Below are positions 22,398 through 34,896 of a DNA stretch of 64,000 nucleotides, in pieces (the first letter of the stretch is position 1; every line of letters begins with the position of its first letter). The notes under the pieces were generated by a model. The model did no database searches. It was not told the origin of the DNA and saw only the letters and a program-made list of their open reading frames with translations. Source of the stretch: Pseudogymnoascus verrucosus (taxonomy: Eukaryota); assembly GCA_001662655.1 (NCBI GenBank), contig KV460233.1, one strand, 5' to 3'. The position numbers and the translations under genes were made by a program.

Positions 22398-22634
22398 TGG
22401 TCAAAATAAACCTTAGTTATCCATTAAATGAATAGTTCTTTCAGCCTCAGCCATAATCTCATCTATATCGGTCGGGAGTGTGATAACAGTGTCGGGGAGA
22501 GACGCAGACCATAGTTCGGCGACTTGGTTTAGGCCTACTTCAACCTCAATCATAGTCCGTTTGAAGTCCCTTTCAAGTCCTTTCAAGTCCCTTCAAGGCG
22601 CTGGTTAGTAAGTACGGGATTTAATGAAGTTTTG

Positions 22635-22766
22635 ACGCGAGAGAGGGAACAATGAAGGCAGGGACGGGCCAGCCCCACTTATTCGCCGCCCCTCTATGAT
22701 TTGATCACATGATTGCGCGTCTCATACGTAAACTTTAAACCAACGAACGCGCCAAATCAACCGCGA
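22635..22766. promoter_or_regulatory. Cluster of MCB-like CGCG-core elements upstream of SGS1
   Basis: acgcga 22635, gcgcgt 22715, acgcgc 22747, cgcga 22762. Confidence 0.4.
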
Positions 22767-22901
22767 CGAATAACTTCATGGCTGACCGCCTCGGCCACAT
22801 CGACACCTACTTCACTCCAAGCTCAACGTCTTACCATCTCTCGAACACGCCTTCGCTTTGCAGATGGAAAGCATACGAGATGTGTGCAGCCACATGTCCC
22901 C

Positions 22902-25900
22902 ATGACTTTACATAATCTCGACAGTCATATATCTTGGTTGTTACAAAGCAAGCCCACGGTTGTTTCTTGCGGCGCCCTGGTCCATCGCTCCATAGCAACA
23001 GCAGCCACATTACAGAAAAGGAGCCCTGATGTCTCTGTTGAGGATACCAATACCACGCATTTAGAAAGACAACGACTACGTTTCGATCCCCAGCTGGAAG
23101 CGGATAACTCAACAAGGCTAGGGTACACCAACCCATCGTCAGACATCAACCAAGCGGGCCCTCCTAGGGAAACTGTGCGGAAGGCAGAAGAAAGTAATAT
23201 GGCAAGGCTGGCCTCTGCATCGCGTTCGTCCCGGCCAAAACTTCTGCACAATCAGCAAACTCCCGTGGGGGCTCCAGGTACCACAACACCTTCCTCAATT
23301 GCAGCCGCATACGCCGCCTCATTCCATAAAGACGGTGTGTGATGGGTTCAATCTCTTCTTAGTTTTGTTTTCTGACAATGCGCAGGTACATCGGCAGGTA
23401 CACCTTCGAGGCAGCCAACGTCGGCCTTTCCAAAAATTTCCCACGCGCCACAAACCCCGCGGCAGACGCCAGGACAACTACCCAGGCAGCAACCACAATT
23501 TTCGTCTGCGAGCTATGCCAATATCGAGCCCGTGGATCTTACTGGCGATGAAGAGGTTGTTAGGAGCTCGTCGCTGGAAGAATTTGGCGAGCCTCAGTCG
23601 CTATGGCGTGAAGACTATGCTGCCAAGGCCTCGCCCAGGCGAGGAACGAAGAGAAAAAGTGATGAAATGACCAGGGAAAGACCGAGGAAGGAGTTGATGA
23701 CGACAAGCTCCCAGAAAGAAAATCGCCGACCAGCGCGCCTTTCGGAAGAATTTATTGACATCGACACACTCCTCGAGCCTGATGAGCCGCCGCCACCATA
23801 CTCCACGGTCGATTCGAAGACCCGAAACCAAAAAAGAACTAACCAACCGATCAAACCAAGTGTGGAGGCGGCAAACTCGGGGCCTGAATTCGAAGAGCAG
23901 TATCATGTTGTTGAAACGGTGAGTCGGACAGAAACCCGCACACGCAGGGCACTGAGCCGAGTGGCATCGCACGACACTCCTGGCAATGCTAGTGAAAACA
24001 AGCGTTCATTGTGTGCGATGGCGAGCCCGACGTTTCAAAATGTGACCAACGCCGGAATTGTTGGTGGTTTGAAGAAAGAAAATTCTCCGTTTAAACAGTT
24101 GACGGACCGATCTATTTCTCCCTCTGTAAAAACAGCTCGGAATAATCAGATTCTTCCGAAAGATCGTATCATAGAAGACTCCGAGGACGACGACCTCATT
24201 TCCCAAGCCGAATGGGCGGATGCACATATTCCCGAACCCATGAAGGTTGACAGTCCCGTTCGGAGGACCGTTTTCAAATCGCCATCAAAGGAACGGAGCG
24301 CAGAACACAAGTCGCTCGGCCATTTAGAAAACGAGCCGCCGTTGTTTGGTACAGATGCGTCCCGGAACGGGCCAGTTAAGTCGGCTGCTGTCGGCAATGT
24401 CAAGCAAGAGAGTTTTCCGTCTCCCTTCCAGCGAGATTCGCCAACCAGGTTGGCCACTTCTCAAACAATTCCCAAGCAAAGCGCCGCCTCGAGCCAGCAA
24501 ATTCCGTCATCATCATCGCCAGAAGAAGATAAAAGGCTTTTCGGCATCTTCCTGGACAAGCCGTCTCATATACAGCAACTTTTGTCCCTACTGAATGAGA
24601 AGCTCCAGGAAAACCGTAGGGTTATGTGCGAATACTTTGACGCCGGCGAAATAGCGCCTGGGCATATGAAACTTGAGCGAGAGAAGCTGGCAAAACAAAG
24701 AAACGCGGCCACGGACCTGCTTCCACTGTATGAAGAGCACGCCAAGTTAAGCAACCAGAAGGAAAAAACCAAGGCCGATTATTTCGCGTATTTAGAGACC
24801 TCCCGCGATGTTGGGGGATTTGAAAACGAGATTCCACTCATCACACACAATATCAACAAAATTGAGACTCGAATAGCATCGCTAATTCGAGCATGTGGAG
24901 TTACAGCAAATGACCTCTCGGCAATTGGAGGGTTGACGAATGGCAGCAAGCAGGCACAACTTCAACGGCACACAGATAAGGGCAAAGAATCAACAGAATT
25001 GCTCGGATCCAGGACACCGTCTAGCATATATTGCGATTCTCAAATAGTCCACCAGACCCAGATGCCTTCCAATGGGACACAGCCGACAACAAACCAAAAA
25101 CCAACCGCCGTCAAAGAGTACCATCCTGTAAACGGTGGCTCTTCATCCACATTCCAAGCCAATATGAGTACAGAATTTCGGCGCAACGCCCAGAATTCCC
25201 ACCAATCCGATAGGATGGACTATCAACCGTCGATGATGCAAAGTGCTCCCGGTCGTTTCGATTGCCCAGAAGATTATGAAGATGAAGATGAAATGCTCGG
25301 CAACTTTGATCCCATTACTCGGAATATGGATGAAGAAGATTATGGCGCCTCTGATGATGACGATGACATGATTGAGTTTGCAGAGTCTTGGGATCGAGGT
25401 GAGGCTAGTTCGGGTCGTGTTGCGGCTGACACTCACGAACTTTCCATGCCTCCGCCCTCAACGCCTTCAGCTTCTAGAAGGCCAAAGTTAGACAGCAGCA
25501 AAGATATGTCTCTGCCTGTTGATGCCGGGTCAGCTGCCCTTATGAGACATAAATGGTCAGGCGAAGTCAAACAAAAGTTAACGGCGCGATTCCACCTCAG
25601 GGGCTTCAGACAAAATCAACTTGAAGCTATAAATGCTACGTTGGGAGGTAAGGATACGTTTGTTCTGATGCCAACTGGAGGCGGCAAATCATTGTGCTAT
25701 CAACTTCCAGCAATTATCCGCTCAGGCACAACACAAGGTGTCACTATTGTCATCTCTCCTCTTCTGAGTCTGATGCAGGATCAAGTGGATCATCTCCAGA
25801 AACTTGGCATCCAGGCTTTTGTGATCAATAGCGAAGTGACACAAAGCTACAAAAATATGGTAATGTCGGGACTCGAAGAACGCATCCCGGAGGACTTTGT

Positions 25901-28479
25901 TGAACTTCTCTATGTCACACCTGAAATGGTAACTAAAAGCGAAGCGATACTGAGCAAGTTTGCGTCTCTCCACCGTAGGCACAAACTTGCTCGCATTGTA
26001 ATCGACGAAGCTCATTGTGTGAGCCAGTGGGGACACGACTTCCGACCAGATTATAAAGAGCTCGGGGAGGTTCGAGCTAGATTTCCAGGCGTCCCGATCA
26101 TGGCCCTCACAGCAACAGCGACAGAAAACGTCAAAGTCGATGTTATTCATAATCTTTCGATGGAAGGTTGTGAACAGTATTCACAGAGCTTCAACCGTCC
26201 CAATTTGACGTATGAGGTGAGGCCCAAGCCTAAACACGAAGAGTTGATGGAAAGTATAGTGGATATCATCACAAAGAAATATAAAGGGCAAACGGGTATC
26301 ATTTATGCTCTTTCTCGCAAAAATTGCGAGAAGGTTGCCGATGAACTTTCCTCACGTTATAAGATCAAAGCATGTCACTACCATGCTGCTTTGAAACCAA
26401 TAGAGAAGAAGCGAGTGCAGCAGGATTGGCAGGCAGGAAAGTGGCAGGTCATAGTTGCTACTATTGCGTTTGGTATGGGAATCGACAAAGCCAACGTTCG
26501 GTTTGTAATACACCATACAATCCCGAAAAGCCTGGAGGGTTATTATCAGGAAACTGGCCGCGCTGGTAGGGACGGAAAACTCTCCGGGTGTTATCTATTT
26601 TACGGCTACCAGGACACAACCGTCCTTCGGAAATTCATTGAAGATGGCGACGGAAGTCCCGAGCAAAAGGAGAGGCAGCGATCAATGCTGAATCGAATGT
26701 CCCAATTTTGTGAGAACAGAGTGGATTGCCGCAGAGTAGAAGTTCTTGCCTACTTTGGCGAACGATTTCAGAAGGAGGATTGCAATGGCACTTGCGATAA
26801 CTGCAACTCCACCAGTGTTTACGAGGCTGTTGATCGCTCAAAGGAGACTCGAATTGCTTTGAGTATTGTCCGACAGCTTCATACTGAAAACCTTACTCTG
26901 GTCAATTACGCCGACATCATGCGTGGCAACCGTGCGAACAAGTCTGCTAAAATCGTCTCTTTGAATCTTGACAAAATGAGCCTCTTTGGTCAAGTGAAGC
27001 ATCTACACAAAAACGAAGTTGAGTCCCTGCTATATCGTCTTGTCAGCGAGAATGCCCTCAAAGAAGTGAACCAAATCAACAGAGCCGGGTTTGCCACTGC
27101 ATACTTGAAAGTAAGTTCCCATTATACCTTATGTTACCTAGCTAATCATGCAGCTCGGGAAATCATTCCAAGATTTCTTCACTGGCCGCAGGAAGATTAA
27201 AGTGTCTGTTAGGGTTTCATCTCCAGGTGCAGCTAAGGCAATCCGCCCCAATAAAGCCTCCCAAGCTAGAAGCGAATTCACTGGCGTTGCAGCTGCGCGA
27301 GGCGGACAGCACCATCCTCAGTCAACGAACGTATCTTCTCCTGTCTCTATGGCCGCTAACAGACGCAAGGGCAAGAATCCTTATATTGATGATGAGGCTG
27401 AAGAGGACGAGGAAGAGGAGGAAGAATCTGACAACTATGGATTTGAGGATGGATTTATTGTTCCCGATGACCACGTATCTACCGATGATGAGGAGGACGA
27501 TGACTTCGAGCCTGTTCGTCAAGGCAAGAAGCCTGCGCTATTCCAAAGATCCAAACGAGATGTCGGACCCCGCATCACGAATGATGTTATGATGACCGAA
27601 GCAAACCTCTCGGATCTTCATAAGCATGTCATCAACAACTTTATCATCGAGGCGAAGAAGCTAGACGAAGAAATCCGCAACAGTAGAGGGATCAGAAAGC
27701 CAATCTTCACCGAAACCCAGCTACGAGTGATGTGCATCAACTGGATGTTGGAGCTGAAAGACATCAAACGTATAGAAGGCGTCAACCAAGAGCAAGTAGA
27801 AAAATTTGGATCCAGATTCGTGGCGCTAATCCGACGCTTCCACACCGAATACGACGCAATGATGCGACATAATGAGGACCGAGATATAGACCAAAACCAC
27901 AGAAATGTCATTGACCTCGTCAGCGACAATGACGACGACGAGTTTAACGACAACGATGACGACGAAGAGGCCGACGAAGAGGAGATCTCACAGGGCGAGA
28001 CGAGCCAGTGGTTCCAGAACCACCAGATTAACTCAGCAACTCAAGCTTTCAACCAGCGCCTTGCAGCGACCATGCCTCCACCAGAAGAGGACGAGGAGGT
28101 CTCGGATGGTGAACCAATCAGGCCCGCTATGACCCAGGCACCGACGAGGGGAAGGGGAGGTAAGGCCCGCGGAGGGTCGCGGAAACCCTACGCACGTAGG
28201 GCATCAGGTGGAAGCACTGGAGGTGCAGCCAAAGCGCCGAGGGCGAGGGCAGGAGGCTCAAGGAAGAGGAGTAGTGGTGCTGGAAATGGCGCTGCGGGGC
28301 CGAGTAAGAGAGCTGCGCCGAAAGCGCCCAGTAGAGGACTGCCTGTCGAGAGACGTGGGGGTGGTACTGCTACTGTAATGAGTAATTTTGTGCAGAGGGA
28401 CGGTGGTGGAGGATCTTGGCAAAGGGCTGGTCAGGGAAGCGGCGGGCTGCCTGGGATTGGGATGATGCCTACTAGATAA
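22902..28479 (+). CDS. SGS1: RecQ family DNA helicase (Sgs1/BLM orthologue); introns ~23336-23386 and 27111-27153
   Basis: N-terminal MTLHNLDSHISWLL; helicase motifs MPTGGGKSLCYQLP, DEAHCVSQWGHDFRPDY, ATIAFGMGIDK and YYQETGRAGRDG; RQC Zn motif CRR..CDNC; HRDC-like region. Confidence 0.97.
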
Positions 28480-28722
28480 TGTTGGCGTTTAGCGTTGTAG
28501 GTTTGTTGCTCTATAGCTTGTGTTGGAAAAACAATATAGAATCTTACAAGTTTGACCATCTTCTTGTACCATGCAAAGACATTTCATAGGGGTGTGTTAC
28601 AGATGGGAGACTATTAATTGGATGTAGTAGGATGCCAACGACCGTCGCCAACTCCCCACTCAACCCCCCACCGCCCTCCCCGATAAACTCCTCTCCCCCA
28701 ACCCGCCGCCATCAGCTATCCC

Positions 28723-30159
28723 TCACAACCCCGTCTCCGGTCCACCCTCCAACACCGTCTTCCTCCCCGCCAACACCTTCAAATTAGCAGCCACAGGCCC
28801 AGCCAGCTGCCTGCCCAGCATAATCTGCAACACGCTCTTGCGCAACGTAAACTTGCGCCACTGGCGGACAGCGCGTTGAGCCCCAGACTTAACCTTCTTG
28901 TAACGCAATGTCTTCCGCGGATCGGGTTCTTCTGGGCTAGGTATGTGCTCGTAAGGCTGACCAGGAACGGGGGAGATAGCGGTTAGCGAGAGGCGGGTTA
29001 GCGGGGTGTGTTTCTTGGGCTTTAAAGAGGAGAATTTGGAGGGTTTGTGGTGTTTGGGTTTAGGGGTTGAGCCGGGGGCGTCTCGGGGCTCGGTGGGGAT
29101 GTCGGTGGGTTCTGCGAAGACAGGGAGAGCGAAGGAAGTTTCTGGTTCGGTGGTTGTGAGGGGGGAGATCTCTCCTGAGAGTGGTCCGGCGAGACTGCTT
29201 TTCATGGAGGTATCGGATTTCTTCCGCCCGAGAGAGATCCTTCTTCTTGTCGGTTGCGTGCTGCTGTGTACGACTGATGAGAATCTCAGCTTTTTTGTTG
29301 TCGCTGGTTTGGGTAGTTCGTCGGATTTGGTTCTCCCTCGTAATCTTGGAAGGGTTGATTTTGATCTGGTCGGCTGGTTCGGAGTGTCGGTGCTTTTCTT
29401 TGGTATGAAATTGAAGGACGGCTTCGGAATAGCCAGGGGGAATTGTCTGGGTTTTTTCTTTGGTGGTAATGCAACTGGAGTGCTTATGCTGGGCTTCAAA
29501 TAAGAAGCGCCATCTCCGGAGGCAGAGAGTCCCGGATCTTCAAAGGCAATGGGGCCATCTTGCCAACTTGGACGCAGTGCTGAATGGCTGGGTATGTCTG
29601 AAGCGTCGTGGTATGTTCCTGCCGATGTTGTCTCCTCTTCTAGGTCGCTATGTGGCTCGACAGAAAGCTGATCTGATGCCATTGTAGCTGGCGCAGGAAG
29701 AGAAACTTCAGTGTCTATTATCCCAGTTCGAGTAGGTTCGCCAGCATGAATTTCCTGGTTGTGTTGCATCCAAGATACCAAGTAATCGGGCAGTAGTTCT
29801 GCAGAGGGATGATCAAGGATGTCTAGGTGAACCTGGGGAGCTGCTTGCTGGCTTGTAGTGCCACTTCTCCATCCAAGCTTCTCCTCTGCATATATGGCTC
29901 GAATAAGACCATTCGGATCAGGGAGAGTAGCATCTCCCACAGCAGGCTGATTAATCCAACGACGAGGTGGGTTACATTGACGAGGAATAGTCTCCTGTAA
30001 TATGCCGCCGTTGTCATTTGGACCTGAGCGGCTGATATTTTCCCAGGTGCTAGATATAGGGCTATCCTCTGGAAATAAGTCACTCGGCTCTCGCTGGGCA
30101 GATGAGCGAGGTTGTGATGGGGTTCTAGGATTGCGAGATCGAGGCGGAATCCAACGCAT
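28723..30159 (-). CDS. Hypothetical S/P-rich protein (478 aa)
   Basis: Long uninterrupted ORF with a basic, ordered-looking C-terminus; no family recognised. Confidence 0.7.
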   Translation of the reverse strand: MRWIPPRSRNPRTPSQPRSSAQREPSDLFPEDSPISSTWENISRSGPNDNGGILQETIPRQCNPPRRWINQPAVGDATLPDPNGLIRAIYAEEKLGWRSGTTSQQAAPQVHLDILDHPSAELLPDYLVSWMQHNQEIHAGEPTRTGIIDTEVSLPAPATMASDQLSVEPHSDLEEETTSAGTYHDASDIPSHSALRPSWQDGPIAFEDPGLSASGDGASYLKPSISTPVALPPKKKPRQFPLAIPKPSFNFIPKKSTDTPNQPTRSKSTLPRLRGRTKSDELPKPATTKKLRFSSVVHSSTQPTRRRISLGRKKSDTSMKSSLAGPLSGEISPLTTTEPETSFALPVFAEPTDIPTEPRDAPGSTPKPKHHKPSKFSSLKPKKHTPLTRLSLTAISPVPGQPYEHIPSPEEPDPRKTLRYKKVKSGAQRAVRQWRKFTLRKSVLQIMLGRQLAGPVAANLKVLAGRKTVLEGGPETGL

Positions 30160-30508
30160 ATTATGATATCGGTGGGCGTTTGGGAGATTTTAGGGCAGTT
30201 GAGATGTAAAGAGAGAATAAACAGGTACGGAGAGCATTTTGATATATGAAATATAGAGCTTACCATGTTGCCTTACCTTGTTCGAGAGAATTTTTCTTGT
30301 TCCTGTGTTCCTTCCATATTTATGATAAAAGGTTGAAAGGAGAAGTAGTAAGCGTGCACTTTAGCAGGTACAACGCGAGGGCGCGTCTGTCCAGCCGTGC
30401 ACGGACCAACGGCTTTTGAATTTCAGGACAACCTGCCACTTGCTGGGTTGACTTCACCACCAACAACCACCAACGACGACGCAGAGTCGTTGAAACCAAC
30501 CACGAACC

Positions 30509-32421
30509 ATGGCGACCACCGTGGATCAGAAGCTTTTGAAAGCGACAAAGTTTCCTCCAGAGTTCAATCAGAAGGTGGACATGCAGAAGGTTAACCTCGA
30601 GGTTATGAGAAAGTATGCCTCTACAGCCATTACCACCTCACTCCAGTCGATAAGCTAACCTCTCTTCCTTCAGATGGATCGCAGGCAAGATTTCGGATAT
30701 CCTTGGAAACGAAGATGATGTGGTTATAGAGCTATGCTTCAACTTGATTGAAGGGTCTCGTTATGTATGTCTCTCCTACAACACTGCCCGCCGCTGGTCT
30801 CGTGCCTCGCTCGATCTAACATTTGTTCCAGCCCGAAATTAAGAAACTACAAATCCAACTGACAGGCTTCCTGGAAAAAGATACTCCCGCCTTCTGTAAA
30901 GAGTTATGGAAGCTATGTCTAAGTGCACAGAATAGCCCTCAAGGTGTTCCAAAGGAGCTACTCGAGGCCAAGAAGCTGGAGCTCATCCAGGAAAAGGTAT
31001 ATCTGACATTGTCCTATCATCTCATGTTGATCTCCCGCTGACAGAAATACACCAGGTCGAAGCTGAGAAAGCTGCTGAAGAATCAAGACGGAGGCGCGAA
31101 ATCGATAGCCAACGTGAGCGAGACATGGACTCAATCCGAAACCGTGAACGAGATGAGCGTGGAAGGGGCGGGTATGGGATGCGTAACGACAATTGGCGCC
31201 GCGGGCGCGGAGATCGTGACTTTGGACGTGGTGGAGACAATAATCGAGGAGGACATCGAAGGTCTCGCTCACCTGGTCAATGGCGCGCCCCACCCAGAGA
31301 CACAGACTCATACGTTCCACGAGGAGGCGGTCGGAGGAGGGACGATAACTGGCGAAGGTCCCCATCACCGGCATTGGACAAACGACCCGTATCTGCGTCA
31401 CCTTCCCGCTCCCCTCCCCGCCGACGTCGGCACTCAACAAGCCCATCCGCCTCCCCGCCTCGTCGCCGAAACCGCTCAATAAGCAGATCGCCATCCCCAA
31501 ATCGACGCGGAGACAACTACCGCGGCCGTGGTGGGAGAGGTAGTCGACGCAGCCCAGATCGTCGCCGCCGAAGGTCATACTCGTCATCCGACTCTCGATC
31601 CCCATCCCCAGCACCGCGGAAACGCAGGAGATCGCCATCACCCTCAAAAAGCCGCTCTCCTCCACCCAAGTCTCGCCGAAGACGCCGAGACAGCAGCAGC
31701 TCCCGCTCCCGTTCCCGTTCTCGTAACCGCTCCGTTTCACGGTCACCCATCCGAGGCAAGTCGCCGATGCGAAAACAAGTCTCCGTAACCCCAGCGAGAG
31801 ATCTAATTAAACCGAAACCTACTTCAAGTCGTAAGGGCCGTGACCGTGACGAGCACCGGCTAACTCGCAGTCATAGCCGAGACGAACACAGCTTAACGCC
31901 ACCTCCTCGACAACGCCAGAGTACTAACAGAAGCCGATCAAGAAGCCACAGCCGGAGCAGGAGTAGAGCCAGGAGCCCGAGGAGGGAGAGGAAGAGAAGG
32001 GGTTCTATTGAACGATATGCGCCGCGGAGACACCACACCTCTTCCATCTCACCCCCTAATACCAAAAGAATCAAAAGGGCTGATATTGAGGAAGATGATC
32101 GACGACGATCGCCATCACCTGTTCAAAGCCCTCGTGGCAGGACGAGAACCAGAAGCATCAGCAGACCCCACAGCCCAGCAAAGGATGATGCGGAGATGAC
32201 GGGAACAAAGGACCAAGAGGTTGGTAGTGCCCGATCATAAAGTCGCCGGCTTAGATGGACTGGCCTTGGCTGACCCCTGCGCGTGATGACAGGCCAGTGC
32301 CGACCAGCCAGTGTCACAGCAAGACCCACGGAAAGAAGCAAGTGCGTTGCGGGAGAAACTGTTGAGGGAAAAGATCAAAAAGATGAGAACGTTAAGTATC
32401 AGCTCCAATAAGGCGGAATAG
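30509..32421 (+). CDS. PWI-domain RS-rich splicing factor (SRRM1/SRm160-like); 5 exons
   Basis: MATTVDQKLLKATKFPPEFNQKVDMQKVNLEVMRK|WIAGKISDILGNEDDVVIE...QIQLTGFLEKDTPAFCKELW, then an extensive RS/SP region; last exon LREKLLREKI. Confidence 0.92.
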
Positions 32422-33012
32422 CCCGAAGAAGATGTTTCTGGGGAGCCATAGCAAGCGTCTCGCTGATTTATGTTAATCAGCACAGCGGTTTACTGAGCTA
32501 GTTAGCACTGGATGGAAATGGGGAAATTTTGCTGCTCTCGCAGATGAGTCTACCTTACATTTTGCTGTGATACGTTTGACCTTACCATTCTAGTTACTCG
32601 GGCTATATGACAGAACACAACCCCTTCACATCTCGTGCCGAACTACAGGACATCATGCCACACCCCTCTCATGCTCCATTCCTGTGTTTGTTTGGCCTTG
32701 CAGTTCCCCAAGCATCCCCCTCAGGACTACCACGGTAAAGACGGGGGGCTTGCTATGAAATTGCACACTGTGAATATATATAAATCTCGATGTCAGGCTA
32801 CAAATGAAAATGTGGTTATGAATTATATTTGGCTATTTTGCCGCTTCAATAGAAGGTGGTTAAGTCTAAATTGTAAGCCAGGCACAACCCGGCTGATCTA
32901 ATAATCTAGACTAGTTTTGGCTGGACAAACTCAAAATGGAGGCAGTAGCCGATCGCCTTGCCTTTACGAGTGTCAGATCATCTTTCTTTAAATCTAATAG
33001 ATCTTATCTTCA

Positions 33013-34232
33013 TTACATCTTCGCAGCTTCTTTGGCGATCTCTTCTCTAGTCAAGCCTGGCGTTCCATTCTTCTTCTCGCCCATGCGACCCATCTTGAAA
33101 AGGGTCTCCATCAATTGCTCATCACCGTAATGATCATTATGCTGTGAAACGATATTAGTAATATGATCGAGCTCATACTGCGATATAACTTGCCTCAAAT
33201 TCCGGGTTTTCACCGTACGCTACTCTCGCAACATCGACCAAGATCCTCGCCGTCATACCCCACACCTTGTATCTCTCCATGCCAGCCTCCTCTTCTTCCT
33301 CTAGCTGCTCGGCAATGGCCTTAAGCCCACCTTCTCTTTCTTTCGGTTTAGTGACTTTCTGGTTGTTGATGGGGACATAGAAGTTGTGCACGCGCCAGCG
33401 ATAGCCATCATGCCAGTCGACCCAGCTGCCCTCGTACCAATCGTTCTTGCTTCCCGGCACCTTCTCACCTTCTGGAACCTCATCCTCAAGCCTGAGGAAG
33501 TTATGGAAAGGTGCCGAAAAGACGGCAGCTACCTCCTTCGCATCGAGAGTAGGTATCATAGCCTCTTCCGCGGTCTCTCCGTTTGCGCCATCGGCGTGCA
33601 AGAATGCTACGCAGGGACTCACCGCAAGCTCCGTCTTAGCCAGATTAAATGGGAGTTGGCAGAGATGCTCTATCCTGATCGACTTTGGGAATTTTGAGTC
33701 ATCCATCGGCAACCCGATCTCCTCGAACGCCTCTCGGCGTGCAATCTCGAACGGTGTTTCTTCAAGGGTATCAGCCTTGCCGCCCGGTAAGGCCGCATGG
33801 CCAGAGTAGTTACGGAGGGAGGCAGCTCGCATAGTAACGACGACCCGGAGGTCTCCGCGGCGGTCGGCAAAAAGGAGGAGGAGGACGGCGGCACGGCGGG
33901 AGACGGGGAGGTTGTTCCATATGGGAAATGGCGGTGGGACATAGGCTCGTAGCCTCGCAAGAGCTGCCTTTGAGCCGGTCAGCATGTTCGGAGTAGGCAT
34001 CCCGCATTCAGAAAGTGTTGAGCTGGAATGGACTAACTGCGGCGGCTGGGGAAGCAGGGGCCATGGCTGAGTGATCAAAGACGCTGGAGCCGTAGGGCAG
34101 TAGTATGTCGGAGCTGGAGGCGGTCTTGATGCTCTCGATAAGCTCTGTTACATCATCTGTGTCTAATAATGGGGTATCGGTTTGCGTGCTCTCGTCAACA
34201 TTGATGTTGGGTTCGGCTTCCAGGGTACTCAT
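33013..34232 (-). CDS. PCD1: Peroxisomal CoA diphosphatase, Nudix NUDT7/Pcd1 family (start 34232 or 34064); 2 introns, the second GC-AG
   Basis: CoA-binding motif AAVLLLL..TMRAASLRNYSGHAALPGG, Nudix box GKAD..ARREAFEEIGL and VWGMTARIL; the spliced C-terminus ends -AKM (PTS1-like). Confidence 0.9.
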
Positions 34233-34896
34233 GTTGGTCGTAATATGGGTAGGTCGATCGGATGGGAAGGCTTATAATTCGTAGCTAGGGATGCGGCCTC
34301 GGCCTTAACTGTACCTACCTCGGAAACCCCCTCCCGCGGGGTTCGTAGTGGTGGATAACATGGGATTCTTGGCAAGGCTGAGAACTGATAACAGCCTCGT
34401 CAACCCTCTTGTCCTCCCCAACAAAATCCAATTGCTTCCTTTCATCTCCTCCTCATCGTCTATGTCTATACCCTTCATCTCGGCCGCATTCGCGTTTTCA
34501 TTAGTACGACACTCGTGTTGCCGTGTTTCCAGGCGCCATGTCATCAAACATTGCATTGCATTGCACTTGCTGTTTGTTAGCCCGGTAAGGAGTTTCTTTA
34601 TGTGACACCACAAACAAGGTCTTGAAATCACCTTGCGTCGTTTCCGGCCAGAGAGCCGTTTTGCTTTCTGTCGCTGCAATTGCTATAAGTGTATACGGAC
34701 CCATTCTCGGCCATCAGTTTGCCTGACTGAGTCATGTGAGCTTCTTTGTTCTTGTTGTTGTGGGCAGTGTCTTCTTTCCTTATTCTAGCGTAAGTCTTGT
34801 CTCATGTCAATCGCTTTCTGTCTCGCCCAAGTCATCAACAACGCGACATGCTTTGGATCTTGGGATCTTCCTGAATTCTTTCTTCCTTGATCATAT

